Shown in pieces: positions 27,479 through 39,972 of a stretch of DNA of 64,000 nt; the first letter of the stretch is position 1, and each line of letters starts with the position of its first letter. The position numbers were made by a program, and so were the translations under genes. The notes beneath the pieces are model-generated. The model had not been told where the DNA came from. It saw nothing but the letters and a program-made list of their open reading frames with translations, and did no database searches. This stretch comes from Raillietiella orientalis (lineage: Eukaryota), in NCBI GenBank assembly GCA_036172245.1, contig JAYWIR010000005.1, positions 3,038,001 through 3,102,000 on the forward strand. Direction: 5' to 3'.

Positions 27479-28205
27479 TTCTGCGGAAATGGAGAAATTC
27501 GGAAAAGTACTGACCAGCGCCTTTACGGTAGAATCAGACTTGTTGGTCAGCAACGGAGGGTGCAAATCTATGAACGTGTTCGATAGCAGTCGTCACTGCA
27601 AGGAGCTACTTCCTGGAAAAGTAGTCTTTCTAGGAAAGTTTCACTGCAGTTCCAGCGATAGACAGGATTCGTGAAGTAAAAGAGTTGGTTGGCTGTTATC
27701 ACAATAACCCGCAACAGCGCATTCGAAATTTTTTTAGTTGGTGAGGGTACCACAAAAACATCGACCAAAAAGCAAAGCCATGAACTTGAAAGAATCTCGG
27801 TTTTCATTTTGGATAAATCCCCAACTGCGACTTTATTCCTATAGCAGATCTTCCTTTAAAAAGACTGAGCCTAAATTTCGGAAACCAATACACGGCAAAG
27901 GTCTTATTATAAACCCTTCCGAGTGTGCAACAGAATGTCATTGCTGCTCAAAGCAAACGCCTTCGAATCGTATTATCTTAAGAGGTAATTTCAAATAAGG
28001 GTTGGTCCTCAGATATTGGAAGTCAGTTTCTTCCATCATTATTAGCGCCTTCGGGAATGAAGGAACTTATTTGAAATGGACCCAAAACAATAGGAAAGCA
28101 GACCGACATCCGAACAAAGACACGATGCCTTCAGGAAAGCTAATACTGGGAAACAGCTAATATCTAAATATCAACGGTATGATTGTTTGCGTGAACTGGT
28201 GATAA
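27479..28205 (+). pseudogene. Degenerate receptor-like (RLK/Pelle-type) protein kinase domain
   Basis: Motifs occur in the correct order and roughly correct spacing across frameshifts: CGNG-KFGKV Gly-loop (27482, one extra base), GCK, KELL..VVFLGKFH (27621), VKELVGCY..QQR (27676), RIILRGNFK (HRDFK-like, 27969), ISAFG (DFG-like, 28041), ANTGK (28139), LRELV (28187). A possible subdomain XI remnant FAVRCV lies at 28687. Confidence 0.6.
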
Positions 28206-29718
28206 ACTGTCCCAGTAAACTAAAACCATCTCTTGCAATTTCATGATAAGTAAGAAAGATGTCGCGCCTAAGTAGAATTATCTCCCCCTGATTCGACATC
28301 AAAATGAAACGCTCCCGCTGTTGGCTTTAAGGCATTTTGCGGATGACCTTTTTTTTTTTTTTTTTCAGGACCCCGGTCAGAAAGATGTGCAGATTTAGAA
28401 TGCTAGCCACTGAAACACTTTTCAATTGACAGCAGGATCTCAAGAGATGCGAGGCATGAAAGGTTGCTATACTGATCTCCTCCTGTCTCTGTTTCGGATA
28501 TCCTAGCTGAGAGTTTAGTTTCCTACACCAAGTATTGCCAGTCCCTTGTAAGCAATGGAACAGAAGGACTCGAGTACGGACTTCAGAATCATCAAGTCCG
28601 TAAGCAGAAATTGCAATTCAAGTTACATCAGAAAGCTTTTGCCTGTCTACGAAACATTCCGATTATTCCAGTCTGCCTCAGCATCTTTTGCTGTGCGATG
28701 TGTACCTGCTTCGCGCACCTCAAGACACCAGGACTCAAGTCTTCCGCTCCATGGCTGCTTGATTGAACAAGCTTCAGTTAGCATTTGAACACACATCTTG
28801 AAAATCCTCTTATTGGAACTTCTAATTGGTTTAATTAGGAGTCGACTCAAAACGGAAACTGAACGGCACCGATAAACTCACATTGCAGCATAGATGCTGG
28901 CCGAAGATGGTAGTGTGTCAAAGATGGCCACAGATATTCCATTGACCGAAATCCTATTCAGTGTCATCTGACCACCCATTTTCCGTCTTCATTTATTGAC
29001 GACTGCTGCTTTCTCTTGCCGCAAGGTTTGCAACCAACGCGAACAGAAGGTCGATACTCGGTGGAAGAGATAAGTGGAAACACCCGATTTCTAGATGTCT
29101 GGAAACTCGAAGCATTGCGTTCTCTTTGCTGCCTTGTAAATGTTGGCAAAGCATCCTTAGCCACTTCAGAACACCTAGATCTCGAAAGCTTCTTTAGCTG
29201 ATACAGCCATAAACGAAACCTGAATCTAGAAGCATTAGAAGATGCAATCTGCCAACCATCCTTCACTCTGAACTATTTTTGAGAAGAATGTCGGAGGGTT
29301 TGGCCTGCATATCAACGAATCGCGATCTCAAAAGTCAGCAAAAACAGGAAATTCATGGAATCTTCTGAAAGCCGTCTGATGAAGGAATCAGTGAATGTCT
29401 GGATCTGAATTTCGTTTCTTTTTTCATTACAATCAGACATTATTTCTGCTATAAGAACCTCGGATTATTTGCGAGACCTCACTTCCGTCTGATCAGTTCT
29501 GAATATCAAATCATTCAGTAAATTCATCTGGAAGCATTTATCAGGTATCATATTGCAGCAGAGTAACGCAAAAATATATCTTCAAGTTTGCATTGATAAA
29601 TCATGAAAATCGGCTCACTTCAATGCACACTGATCACCATTGCACAGCACAATCGAATTTCAGACAAACCAGTGTGCTCAACCTACAAACAGCCTGATCA
29701 AAATCTAATTCCGTTATT

Positions 29719-30058
29719 TTATTCCATGTCCCATTTATTTATTGAGCTTGTCATTCTTTTGGATGACTGATCCATTCCTCGCTGCAGGACTTGGAGAACT
29801 GTCTTGTACCTAAGCTTCTTCAATGGTATTGCCTCTCTTATAGCCTTTCATATTGTGATGTTTGGAAAGGGTCTAATTAATTCATTGAAGAGATATCTCC
29901 TGGCAGCATAGTTGATTCACTGTACAGCGGACATAGAATAGGAATCCTTCATGTCTTTTACATTGTCCTCCAACACGTCTCTACAGTCTTGCAGTTTTTA
30001 ACTGATTGAAAATTCTTGATCCGTTCCGCAGCCACAGTTGTCCACCTCATCACTTTCC
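29719..30058 (-). pseudogene. Exon-like reading frame with three internal stops
   Basis: After a CACAG acceptor the frame reads ..FSIS*KLQDCRDVLEDNVKDMKDSYSMSAVQ*INYAARRYLFNELIRPFPNITI*KAIREAIPLKKLRYKTVLQVLQRG.. with no frameshift. Stops at 29998, 29917 and 29848. Confidence 0.35.
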
Positions 30059-32512
30059 CTGTGCATGGAAGATATGTGCACCAACTCCAGAGATGTAATG
30101 TGTAAGAGGGTGAATGTCATGTTAGTCAACAAGTAAACAAAAGGCAGCAAGGACGCATGAGCTTGTACAGAGGTTCTTGTGAGACCTGAGGCACTCAGGG
30201 CATTCTTGTGAAAACGAACCACCCCAAAAAGTCACACTGTGCAAATTCTCAAAGTTCTATTTCAAGGAAGACAGAGTTGAAGATCATGTTTGTGCCCGCA
30301 ACTACAATCGAAAAGAGCGAATGGTCTTGAGCCTCGCCTAAAAACGCTAAAACTTTCCTTAAGAAATGTTTCCGGCATTGATAAAACTGGTTCACCCCTA
30401 CGAGATCAACGGTCTGAAAGAAACAACGTAGATCCCTGGTTTATCTCCCGAGTGACTGATCACGAAGTTCAGCCTTCGCTCTGTAACCGACTTGACAGGA
30501 GCGAGGGTGGGCATCACAATCGGAGCACGGACTTCCCCATAAAGGCGACCAATCAGAGAGGGCTGCCACCGCCGAATTCTCCAGATTTCCGATGTATTTC
30601 TAAATTGAAAATTTCCACTGCATTCAATGCATGATGAGCTCCCAACGGCTCCTCTGAGAATTTCAAGGGAAACAGTAATTTTTCAGAGAGGAATTTCGAA
30701 AGGAAACGAAAAGATGCCTGCTAGGAGTGTATCCTTTCTTGCTGTGAGTACGAAGATGCACTTTAATAAAATTAGCCATCCCTATAGGCAATCCATTTCA
30801 ACAAATGAATCGCCCGAGCTCGGAAGGAAAAATGGTACCATCATCGGCATCACGCAGCCATCAATGTCCCCCAAGAAAGCGATGTCTTCTTGCAACCATT
30901 GCTCGCGCATGTGTGCGTGGGCTCCCGTGTGGAAAAACGAGGCTTTGTGGGAATTTTGCGGGGATCGAAGGAACACGTGTCTAGGGCAAGAAGCGGCAGA
31001 GGTTCTTCCGCGTCCGCTGAGCCATTTGTCAACGTTCGTCCACGTTCAAGTTCACCATGCTGGTTAAATTCCCTTCACCTCCTTCCGTGTTCTTGTTTTG
31101 TCTGCGCACGAATGCCGTTTGCTGTGTGCGTTTTGTCCCATTTCTCCCAAGAACGCAGTTGCATCACTTATCCCGCCGTGATGTGCTTTTAGGCAACAAG
31201 ATGCTCCCACGCCTTAGTTCTCGAACTTCTTCCTCTTTCCGCCGGTCTTCATTCTTATCTGGAAACGAAATTGGCTGCTGAGGGGCCCAAGATGACTGTT
31301 CTTCCCTTGGTTCTCGAAAACTATGGAATTTCTCTATGAGTCGAAGAGTACTGAATGAAGACTCATCGCTCTAGAAAGGAAAAAGAAAGCGACTGGAGCA
31401 CCTGACAAGGAGGAAACTGAAGTTAATGAACTCGGCATCTGAGGAACACCAAGGCCTCTTGGGAAAGCATCAGCGCTGTACTGCCATGTTTCGAAAGTCT
31501 TCTTTCAGATGAGATTCCAAAACACCACTTGTAATGAAGGCGGAGACTCGGCTTGCTACAAACTCCTTTTCACAAGTAAGTCTCCGCCATCATCACCGTT
31601 TATGGAGGTATGAATTAAGCTCTTAACTTTGCTCTTTTGTAACTCAAACATACAGAAATAAATATCCCGGAATATTTACTTTTCGACGACCGCAAATTCC
31701 ATTCCATTGAGCCATCCCTCCTTTTTCTGATAATTCATGCTCGTTTTCTATCACACGTTCGAATGAGATGGAACGAACACAAAGAGGGCAAAACGCTAAG
31801 ACTATTTACTCTTGCCCAAGCTCTGAGAGACTGGATGCATACAAATACAAATGAGAGAATAACGTAGAGTTTTTCTTATCATCCACAACATCATTGTTCT
31901 ATTGAAGCAGGCTGTTGCAGCCTCGACGAGGTTGCAACGGAAATTTCAGTTTGAATCCTCAGTGATGCGGAACTGACCATGCAACTGCATGTCAAGTCGA
32001 ATGAGATATAGATTGCAATCTTCCTGTATCGAAACTCCGTGTCGGAACACTAGTAAGGTGTGCCTTTACTGCTTATAACGAATTCGGCGTTTCCGGTGTT
32101 CATTGCATCTCTCAACACTTTGCTCCTGTAACGCGCATTGTAATGGAAGTCTAAAGGAATCACGAAATGGCGGAAATGATTGGTGATTCGGCATTGCAGT
32201 GCATGAACCGTAAGCACAGAATCTCATGGACCTTTGCGCCCGAGGACAGATTTGAAGGCCAGAGATGTGGTTGTGCATGTTTGTGTGCACCTTCTTGGAC
32301 AAAAAAGGTACACTTGAGTCCAGCGTCGGATTGTGAAGATGCTGCTGAGGGCATCCTCGGCAAAAGTGAGCACGAGGTACCAGAAAGGGCTTATGGCGTT
32401 CTTGCAACATGCGCGCGCAAAGCTGGTAAGCAGCCAGTGATCCCGAAATGGCACGAGGTTCGTGAAACCTGTCTCGGAGGACGAGACCGACAGGCGCTTT
32501 CTGGAGCACGTT

Positions 32513-33033
32513 TCAGAAGCTGAGCGGGGATGGTTCGAAGAGGAGCTTATTCCACGAGGGAAACACGCTGGGGGCACACTTACTATTCCAGAAGTTTGAT
32601 CTTCACGAGGTTCCCTATCGTCATCATCTTCTTGAAGCCCAGCAGTATGGTCTCCCTCCGCTTCACGTTTTTGAGATGCGTCTTCCGCCGATTCCTGCTC
32701 CTGCGCATGGAATCACGAAGAATCTTCTTGGTGAGTTTGCGGAAATCCTTGCAGCACTGCAAAGTCCATTTTGTGTTCGGTTTCAGGATGGAGGTGTGTT
32801 CGATGTGTTCATACCTGGTTCGATGTCTTGCAGAAGTCTATGACCATTTCCAAGAGTGCCGCGAAGTCCGAAATCGAGGAGGACAGAGTTTGCCATGTCG
32901 ACATTATGTTCGCTTTCAGTCGAGAATGGAGCACGGCCTTGTCGACTCCTTGCTCTTGAGGATCGTAGAGCTCGAAGTTCAGCAGGTCAATCCCATATTT
33001 GTAAACTTTCTGGAAAGTGGAGAAAAGCGCCAT
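32513..33033 (-). CDS. Three-exon hypothetical protein
   Basis: Introns 32757-32814 (CAG|GTATGA..TTTGCAG, 58 nt) and 32520-32583 (GTAAGT..CTCAG, 64 nt) keep the frame: MALFSTFQKVYKYG..KTSNQ/CCKDFRKLTKKILRD..KIKLLEY/F*. Third codon positions are GC-rich. The true start may be upstream. Confidence 0.6.
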
Positions 33034-33932
33034 TGTGTGTCTGCTGACAGCTGGTCGGCGAAACAACACAATTCAGGAACCAAAAGAAATGCATCTGTAC
33101 AATGCGATAAAATGGAAGGATTTCTTGACGAAAGCAAAATCCTCCCTTGTAAGGAACTTTGCGAAAATCCGAAAATTTTTCCCGTGCAGTCCAGCCGAGC
33201 CCTCATGGGATCCAATACTCCAAGGGTCTCTCCAGTTTTGAAAATTCCGCTGCTGTCTTCTTGGTGCCTGGTGGATTTCTCCAGCTTAAGTTATTTATTC
33301 TTGCGTGAGCTCCTAAATGCTGGACCAAGTCTTGTGAGCTCTTGCGGCATTAAATCAACAGCAGCCACCCTTCGGCGCGTTGTCTTTTCTTCAGCAACAG
33401 TGGTAATTCCACATGCCTTCAGCATATGACTTCCACGAACGAAAATACGCGTCTGATACTTTTATCGATCAGGTAAAACGTTGGTAACTCTGCTGGAGGA
33501 GGATGCATGAAAAATGGCGTGCAATCAGAGCTTATGGCAAATCTACCACGAACAAACGCGTGTGCCACCGTGGCTATAACGGAGGTTCGTGAAACAGAAA
33601 TTCTGGAAAACGATCTAACGGAATTTCTTTAGTAGAGGACGCATCACGGGCTCAAGCAGACTGATGCTTAAGCGCAAACAACTATTATTCATTACAGCTA
33701 CCCCTAAATGGCGGCAACGTCAGCATGCTCGAGGCAGTTGCTGTCAGTAACGCTGCGATTTTTTTGTTGTTGTTCAAACTCCTTGCAGTTCATTGAGTTT
33801 AAGAAAATGAAACACATTAGAGAAAGATTGTATTCGAAGGAGAATGTGCTGCAGACACGCAGGCTGCGACTAACAGTTTGAGCGGATTATATTTTGAAAG
33901 AGCACAAGAAGCACTTAAACGGAAACAATCAA

Positions 33933-34550
33933 TCAAGCTTTCCCTCGTCGCTTTGAGCAGGAGAAGACGCGAGAAGAACATGAAGAAAGCAAAAGGTTTT
34001 CTTTAGGAAAGGCAGGCAAGGATCCCACGAGAAAAATCTGAAAACGCATCTTCGTAGTGACTTTCTTCCGAAGATCGGAAGCGCACTTTGGTGTAAGCAT
34101 CAAATCGCTCTTGAAGAACTCTGCGAAAACTCGGGCAGAGCTCATACTCTCGTCATCCTGAAGGGTAAAACGAAACGAGAGGTGCAGTTCCTGGAAAACC
34201 AGCAGCAGCTTAAACATCCACACTGTTTAAGGAGAACTAGAGGAACCGACACGGAGCGGAGGATGGTACTGAACACTACTGCGAGCAACCGAAGAATAAT
34301 TGAACGAAAGTTGTGGTAATGCTTCAGGTTTCGTCTCAAGGGAGAAGACGACATCATGGACTCTGCCAAACTCTCGGAGTAGGCAGGCTAACGTCCATGC
34401 TTTGCACTCGAGGCTGCAGAATGAAACCCTAAGAACTTTGCTAAGTTCGGATCGTCTTAGAAGACCAAACTTCTCGGCCTTCTGGCTAAGATCAAAGTGG
34501 AGAATGTAGACTCGTGCATTTCTTAGCATGGCCTTTAATAGCCTTTCCAC
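33933..34550 (-). pseudogene. About 200-codon frame interrupted by one TAA
   Basis: ORFs 34227-34550 and 33933-34223 are in the same frame, separated by a TAA and one codon. No domain recognised. Confidence 0.25.
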
Positions 34551-35261
34551 ATGGTTGCAGGCACCATTCGTTGCAAAGCAACGCTTTCCCTCATCCAGGT
34601 ACTGAAACTCTGCCTTCCAGCTTGGATTTTTTTGGACTTGATTTCAAGATTGTGTCTTTTTTTCTTTTTTCTTTTCCCTGTTGCTTATTCAGCCTTCTGC
34701 TTAGCATCGATTTCAAGTCGCTCGAAAAAAGTCCAAATCCTGATCAAAGAAACAGATGCATGAACTGAACTCCTCTTAACTACCGAACTTTGTCCCTCGC
34801 AACCTCCTTCTGTCTCGACCGTTAGTCGACTTCCGTTCCTTTCGCATTGCACCCGCTGCTCGGAAACCTGGGGATGTGCATTCGTACCTCTCAATACCGC
34901 ACCGCTCATTAAGTGGAATTAACCAGATCGCTCAGACGTTTCTCAGGATCAATTCTGAACCGCTAACTAAGCCATGCTGCCCTTCGCTGGCGCATGCTGC
35001 TATTGCCTCAACACATCACCCTTACAGATGAGGCGTTTTAGAATGACGTCCCCCGACTCTGGAGTGATGTGAGGTTGCCACGATGAAGAGCGATCGAAAT
35101 CTGAAGCTTCTCTCTCATATTCTGCTAATCTTTTTGCTAGCTTTGAAGCTCTCGAGATTCTAAAGAAACCGTTCCTCGGACTGCTGATGGATCCGAGGAT
35201 AGGGTTCAGGATAGAAAGCAGCTTAGATGAGAAATGATGTCATCAGTCCCTTTCAAAACGA

Positions 35262-35635
35262 CAGAGACTTGGCTTCTTCCAAAAAACTCCCAGTGCGGAA
35301 GGCGTCTCGTGATCTTTCGCCCCTAGCAAGACGCAGCAAGCCAAAAATCTGTTTGTGCTTCAATCGAGCAGGAAGTGCGCCGGCTGCAAGAAGCTGTTCA
35401 GCTTGCCTTCAGAAAAGAAGGCTTTGTTTTGGGCAGCAGCAAAGTTGCCTAAGGACCTCAGCAGGCATTTTTCATGGGGATTCTTGGCTGACTTGAGTCT
35501 GCCGGACTTGAGTTCGTGGTTGGAAAAATCGAGAGATCTCATGCATTCCCTCGAAATGCACGAGAAAGATCGTATTTGGAAGTAAATCACCATGGAATCC
35601 AACCAGCATACCTTGAAAGGCTCTATGTGGTTGCT
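35262..35635 (+). pseudogene. Degenerate plant 2OG-Fe(II) dioxygenase N-terminal (DIOX_N-like) fragments, two partial copies
   Basis: First copy: RLGFFQ...GVS (35262), then AKNLFVL and KKLFSLPSEKK (35388). Second copy: LADLSLPD..VGKIER..RERSYLEVNHHGIQPAYLERL (35484-35625). Both match the IDLS..ACxxWGFFQVVNHGI..FFxLPxEEK pattern. No catalytic HxD..H domain seen. Confidence 0.5.
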
Positions 35636-35890
35636 GGGACCAATAATTTGATTCCAGCCTATTCAGAATTTTTCAGAGGGTGCTTGAGAAGAAACTCAGA
35701 TTGGAGAGCAGAGAGAAATGATCTGGATTCCCACCTTGCAAAATGGTGCCATTGATCCCAGGTGTGTGCATGTGCCTTTTGTAAACCAGTGTTCATCTTC
35801 ACAAGATCGGTTCGGCCACTGGAAGGCTCAGTTAAATTCCAGTAGCACAGAAAACATCTGAGTCTGATGAGAGTGTAGAAGATGAGGCGT

Positions 35891-36090
35891 AGATACCTTG
35901 AAGAGGAACAGAAAAGGAAAAAGTGCAAACAAAGAGCTGAGTGTTCCATGAGAAAAAAAAATGCCCTGAATCCAAGAAAGAAAACGAATTCAAACCTATA
36001 TGGAATGCCTCGAGAGAATCTCTAAAGAAATTAATCACTTCTTGCATTCTCAATGACAACGAGGAGGAATACACAAAAATACAAAATTGC
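35891..36090 (+). repeat. Copy 1 of a diverged direct duplication of about 200 bp (copy 2 at 39771-39972)
   Basis: Shared blocks aagtgcaaacaaaga, gttccatgagaaaaa, gaaagaaaacgaattcaaac, tgcctcgagagaat, attctcaa. Confidence 0.9.
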
Positions 36091-39088
36091 CTAAGTATGT
36101 TCAATGCCATTTTTAATTCTCATACCCAAAGTTGGTGCGAAGGATTTTTTTTTCTTCAATCCGTGACTGCAGGAATGTGGAAAGACACTGTGATGAGGAT
36201 ACTGCTTGACCACGAGCAAGCAGACGGTCACTGTTTGAGTTCGTCCCAGGCCCTCTTTGCCTATAGGTTCTTCATTACTGCGTTTTCATTCTGCTCTGCT
36301 TGAGTGCTCTTTCGAGCTTAAGATTACATTTTCGCTCCTCATAGCTTTGCCTAATTTTAACAAGCTCGCCATGTATTCAACTCCATCTTTCACTTGCTTC
36401 CTCCGAAACCAGTTTTCTCCGTAAGAAATCATCCGTTACTACACGAGATGGCATATTGCTTCATCTTGTGGACTTGGAAATTTGTTGTTCCAAAAGAAAC
36501 GAGAGTATCAAGCTATTTGTGCTTCGAACATCGGGTTCCTCTGGTGTGCAGGGTATTAAGTTGGGAATCAGTGAGCAGTCTGAAATTTGACATTCCCATA
36601 GTGAAAAGCTGACGCGGTGAAATACGAGTACAGATGCAATGTAAAATTCGATGATTAGGATGTCACGGAATGATACAAAGGCAAACACCGTAGAGCTGCA
36701 TGAGTATGCAAAACCGCCATTCCGAAATCCAAGAAGATATTGAGAACCATGCTTGTGGGTCTGTTGAAATTTCCCATGTGAAACGAAGTATTCAAATTCT
36801 AATTTTCCGAGGATGAAACTGATTACAAATGACTTTCGCCACTGATCATGGATAGGGATCTTCAGACCGTCCTTTCAAAAGGAGTAAATCCCACTGTTTT
36901 TAACGTTCTATGAACGGCCCTTGAAACTGCACCTCTTGGAAACAGGAGATTTCACATTCCACTAAGATAAATGTTGCAAAGGCAGTTTTCAGATTTTACT
37001 GGGTTCTTGCGTCCGCCAGGATGGAAGAGTGTAACACAGCACTCAGTAAAGATCAGAACCATCATGAATGCTTGTTTTCCTTCGTCATACGGTTTAAACA
37101 GCCGGAATACATTGATGTAAACATATAACTGCACCAGGTATGGGTGCTGCCTATTCTATTCCAGAATGTTTCGAAAGCTCTTTCAGACGCATCACCCTTT
37201 TCTAAGACATTTTATGCCTATAAGAATCCTTAAATCATTCAGAATTATCAGAAGATGACTTTATTAGGATGTGACTCGCGTTTTTCGATTCACAGATTAT
37301 CGTTGAGGCTCTGAGCAAATATGGACGAGGTTTCTAGGTTTCTTTCAGTCCAGGGTTTGAAAGACTTATTCTGAATATCCTTTAACTCTCACGTTCGCTC
37401 GATTAGTCATCTAATCTCCCTCTATCTCCACAAGTCTCCATCTCACTGTATGATTTCGATTGCAATTTTCCTGGAAGCTCCACTCGCCATTGAAAAGTCT
37501 TACTTCTTGAGAGGAAAAATGCAACACCGAAACAAAATGTTTGTATCGACTCTTAAGATGACTTAAAGACATCCCCACAGCAGAATCCTCCAGATACTTG
37601 AACCCGCAGGAGCTACAGATAAAACATTTCTTCCCTTGCCTCTTCATTTTGGATTCTCTTTCAATTTTGGCTTCCTAACAAGACTGTTGCATTCAGCGCA
37701 CTGTTCACAAAGGGTTCCTTCAGAGAGTTACAGAATGCTTGTCCGTGGCAGCCATGGATTGCCTATTATCAACAGATTTTCATCCTTTGCATGAACGCAA
37801 ACTCCGAATCCCACTGCAATCCAGTAATAGTAATCGTATAATGGCCAGGAATTCAGTCTTGGGAACAAAATAAACAAAATGGCTGACCGTGCGCTGAAAC
37901 CTCCTCGATTGCTGGAAACTACGAGCCGAATGCTCAAAGCTATCAGCCACTTTGAAAATTGTGTGCGAGATAACATCCTTGAGATGGAAAACCCGACGGA
38001 AGAGCAAAAGGATCAGAAGCTTGTTTAAGGAGCTGTGAAACACTGCGCAAGAAACAAACGCATCTTGGAAAGAGGGCTTTTTGCTCAGGATACCATCATC
38101 CTTTCGCCGTTGAGGGTGTTTCACACCGATGTATATTTCTCCGCCGTTCAATTATCTGCTTCCGAATTTTGCTTCCCATTTAAATTTGCCGAGAAAAAAA
38201 ATAAAAAAAAATACAACATGAAACGCATTATTCTTTTTTTTTTTTAAAAAAAAAAAATGCTTTTAAAGTTCCGTTTACTTGGAAGAGAGAAAGAAAATGA
38301 AAGTTCGTATGAGATTCTAGAGCATCGCAGAGATGTGTGGTTCGCGTATCTCTGTGATGTTGGCAACTTGGAAAATTTTCGATCTTCACACCATTGGATT
38401 TACAAGATTGTGCATTCCCTCTCTTCTATCTGTGTTCTTATGGTATATCCCTTCCTTGAATTGTGTTTGGCATTTCTCTTCATCGTTTGATGCTGAAGAG
38501 AATGGATTCCTCCCTTGCCGTTGTTTACGTTCTGTGTTTTGCATCTAAAGTGCTGAATGAAAGATGCAATCCCTTTCCTATCTCCACACGCATTGCATCA
38601 GAACTCCTGCAGCCTGCAGCTTAATCTCAACTTTAGTTGTCTCTGATGCTCGCATGAATCCCTCCTAACATGGCAGCGTGTTCAAATCCCCTCGCATGCT
38701 CACCTGTTTTCTACCAGCGGAAGTTTTGAGCCGTATCCTCCCCTTCTGCTGAAATCCCCTCGCCTTCCCCCTGTTCGCAAAAATGCTCGCTCCCTCCATT
38801 TCATTACAATTTTCATTATCTCCAGGATTTGTTTTGAATCCTTTATCCAAAGGGAATCCTCAATCCTTAATTGCATTCTGCATTCTGAGACTCTTCTGGT
38901 TCTCTACACCATCTTCTCCTAGCGTTTGATCTTCTAAGGGCCTGTCGGAACACCGCTGCCTACAGAAATGGTGTCCTCCGACTCGTGATATTCAATATTT
39001 CCCACGTGCGATCCCGTGTTAATGAATCACATGCTGAGTGGGGAAACTGTTTGCATATCAGATGAGCTTGAAATTTTCACTCTCCTGC

Positions 39089-39180
39089 TGGAGACTTCCA
39101 TCTGACTCCCTCTTTCAAATTTTCGTGGAGAGGCGGTCGCGCATGAAAGCAACCCGCAGTTTCCGAAGTGTGTCGAGCGG
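39089..39180 (+). pseudogene. F-box-like motif, probable relic
   Basis: WRLPSDSLFQIFVERRSRMKATRSFRSVS resembles the F-box pattern LPxDLLxxIFxRL..RFRSVCKxW. The ORF is short and has no clear ATG. Confidence 0.35.
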
Positions 39181-39770
39181 TGTAAAGGCGGCACGTCGCC
39201 TTCCCATGCAACGGGAGATTCCCGACTGCAAAGCAATTAGGAATTTATCGTTAGAAGTGGCTTTTCGAGATGCGCCACATTAATGACTGCTATTGATCTC
39301 TTTCAAACAAATAAAAACCCATCCCTATGCAGGGTTCAGGATGAAACAAAGTGCGAAACATAGGCATTTTGGTTGCATGCTGGATGTGGCCAGCGCTGAA
39401 CTCCAGCACCATGGGAAAAAACCTATGGAGATCCCACAGATGAAGCTGTCAGTGATTCCGAAAACGAAGGAATTCGGGTACCTGACGTGAATTATAACGA
39501 AAACTGCTGCTACTACCCCATAGGAAACAGTCTATTTTTCCTTCCGCCTACACCTTCTCACCTTCTTTGACTGCGCATATGGATGGCGTAGTCGTGACTC
39601 CCGACATGATGTCAAACCAATTTCACAAACGCTACTCTGGTCTCCTCATCTTGAAGCATGTATGGCAAATAAATAGGGGCATGTTCTATTCTGGGGTCAG
39701 TTTCAAGATTAATTCCAAAGTTACTTCAGAATGAAATGTAATTAATAGGAGGCTATGTGAAACGGTTTCG

Positions 39771-39972
39771 GATGTCTTGCAGAAGAGCCGAAGAGGAAAA
39801 AGAAGTGCAAACAAAGACCTGAGAGTTCCATGAGAAAAAGAATGCCCTGAGCCTATGAAAGAAAACGAATTCAAACATACATGGAGTGCCTCGAGAGAAT
39901 TTCTGGAGAAATTCGTCACTTTCTTAATTCTCAACGACATCGAGAAGGAATATACAAAAATAAAAAGTTGTC
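39771..39972 (+). repeat. Copy 2 of the diverged direct duplication
   Basis: Collinear with 35891-36090. Confidence 0.9.

Noticed and set aside
32530..33429. 299-aa plus-strand ORF
   Set aside because: It is the antisense shadow of the spliced minus-strand gene, which has the splice sites and codon bias.
34530..34600. PPR-like peptide LDEGKRCF..ERLLKAM on the minus strand
   Set aside because: A single short resemblance without 35-aa periodicity.
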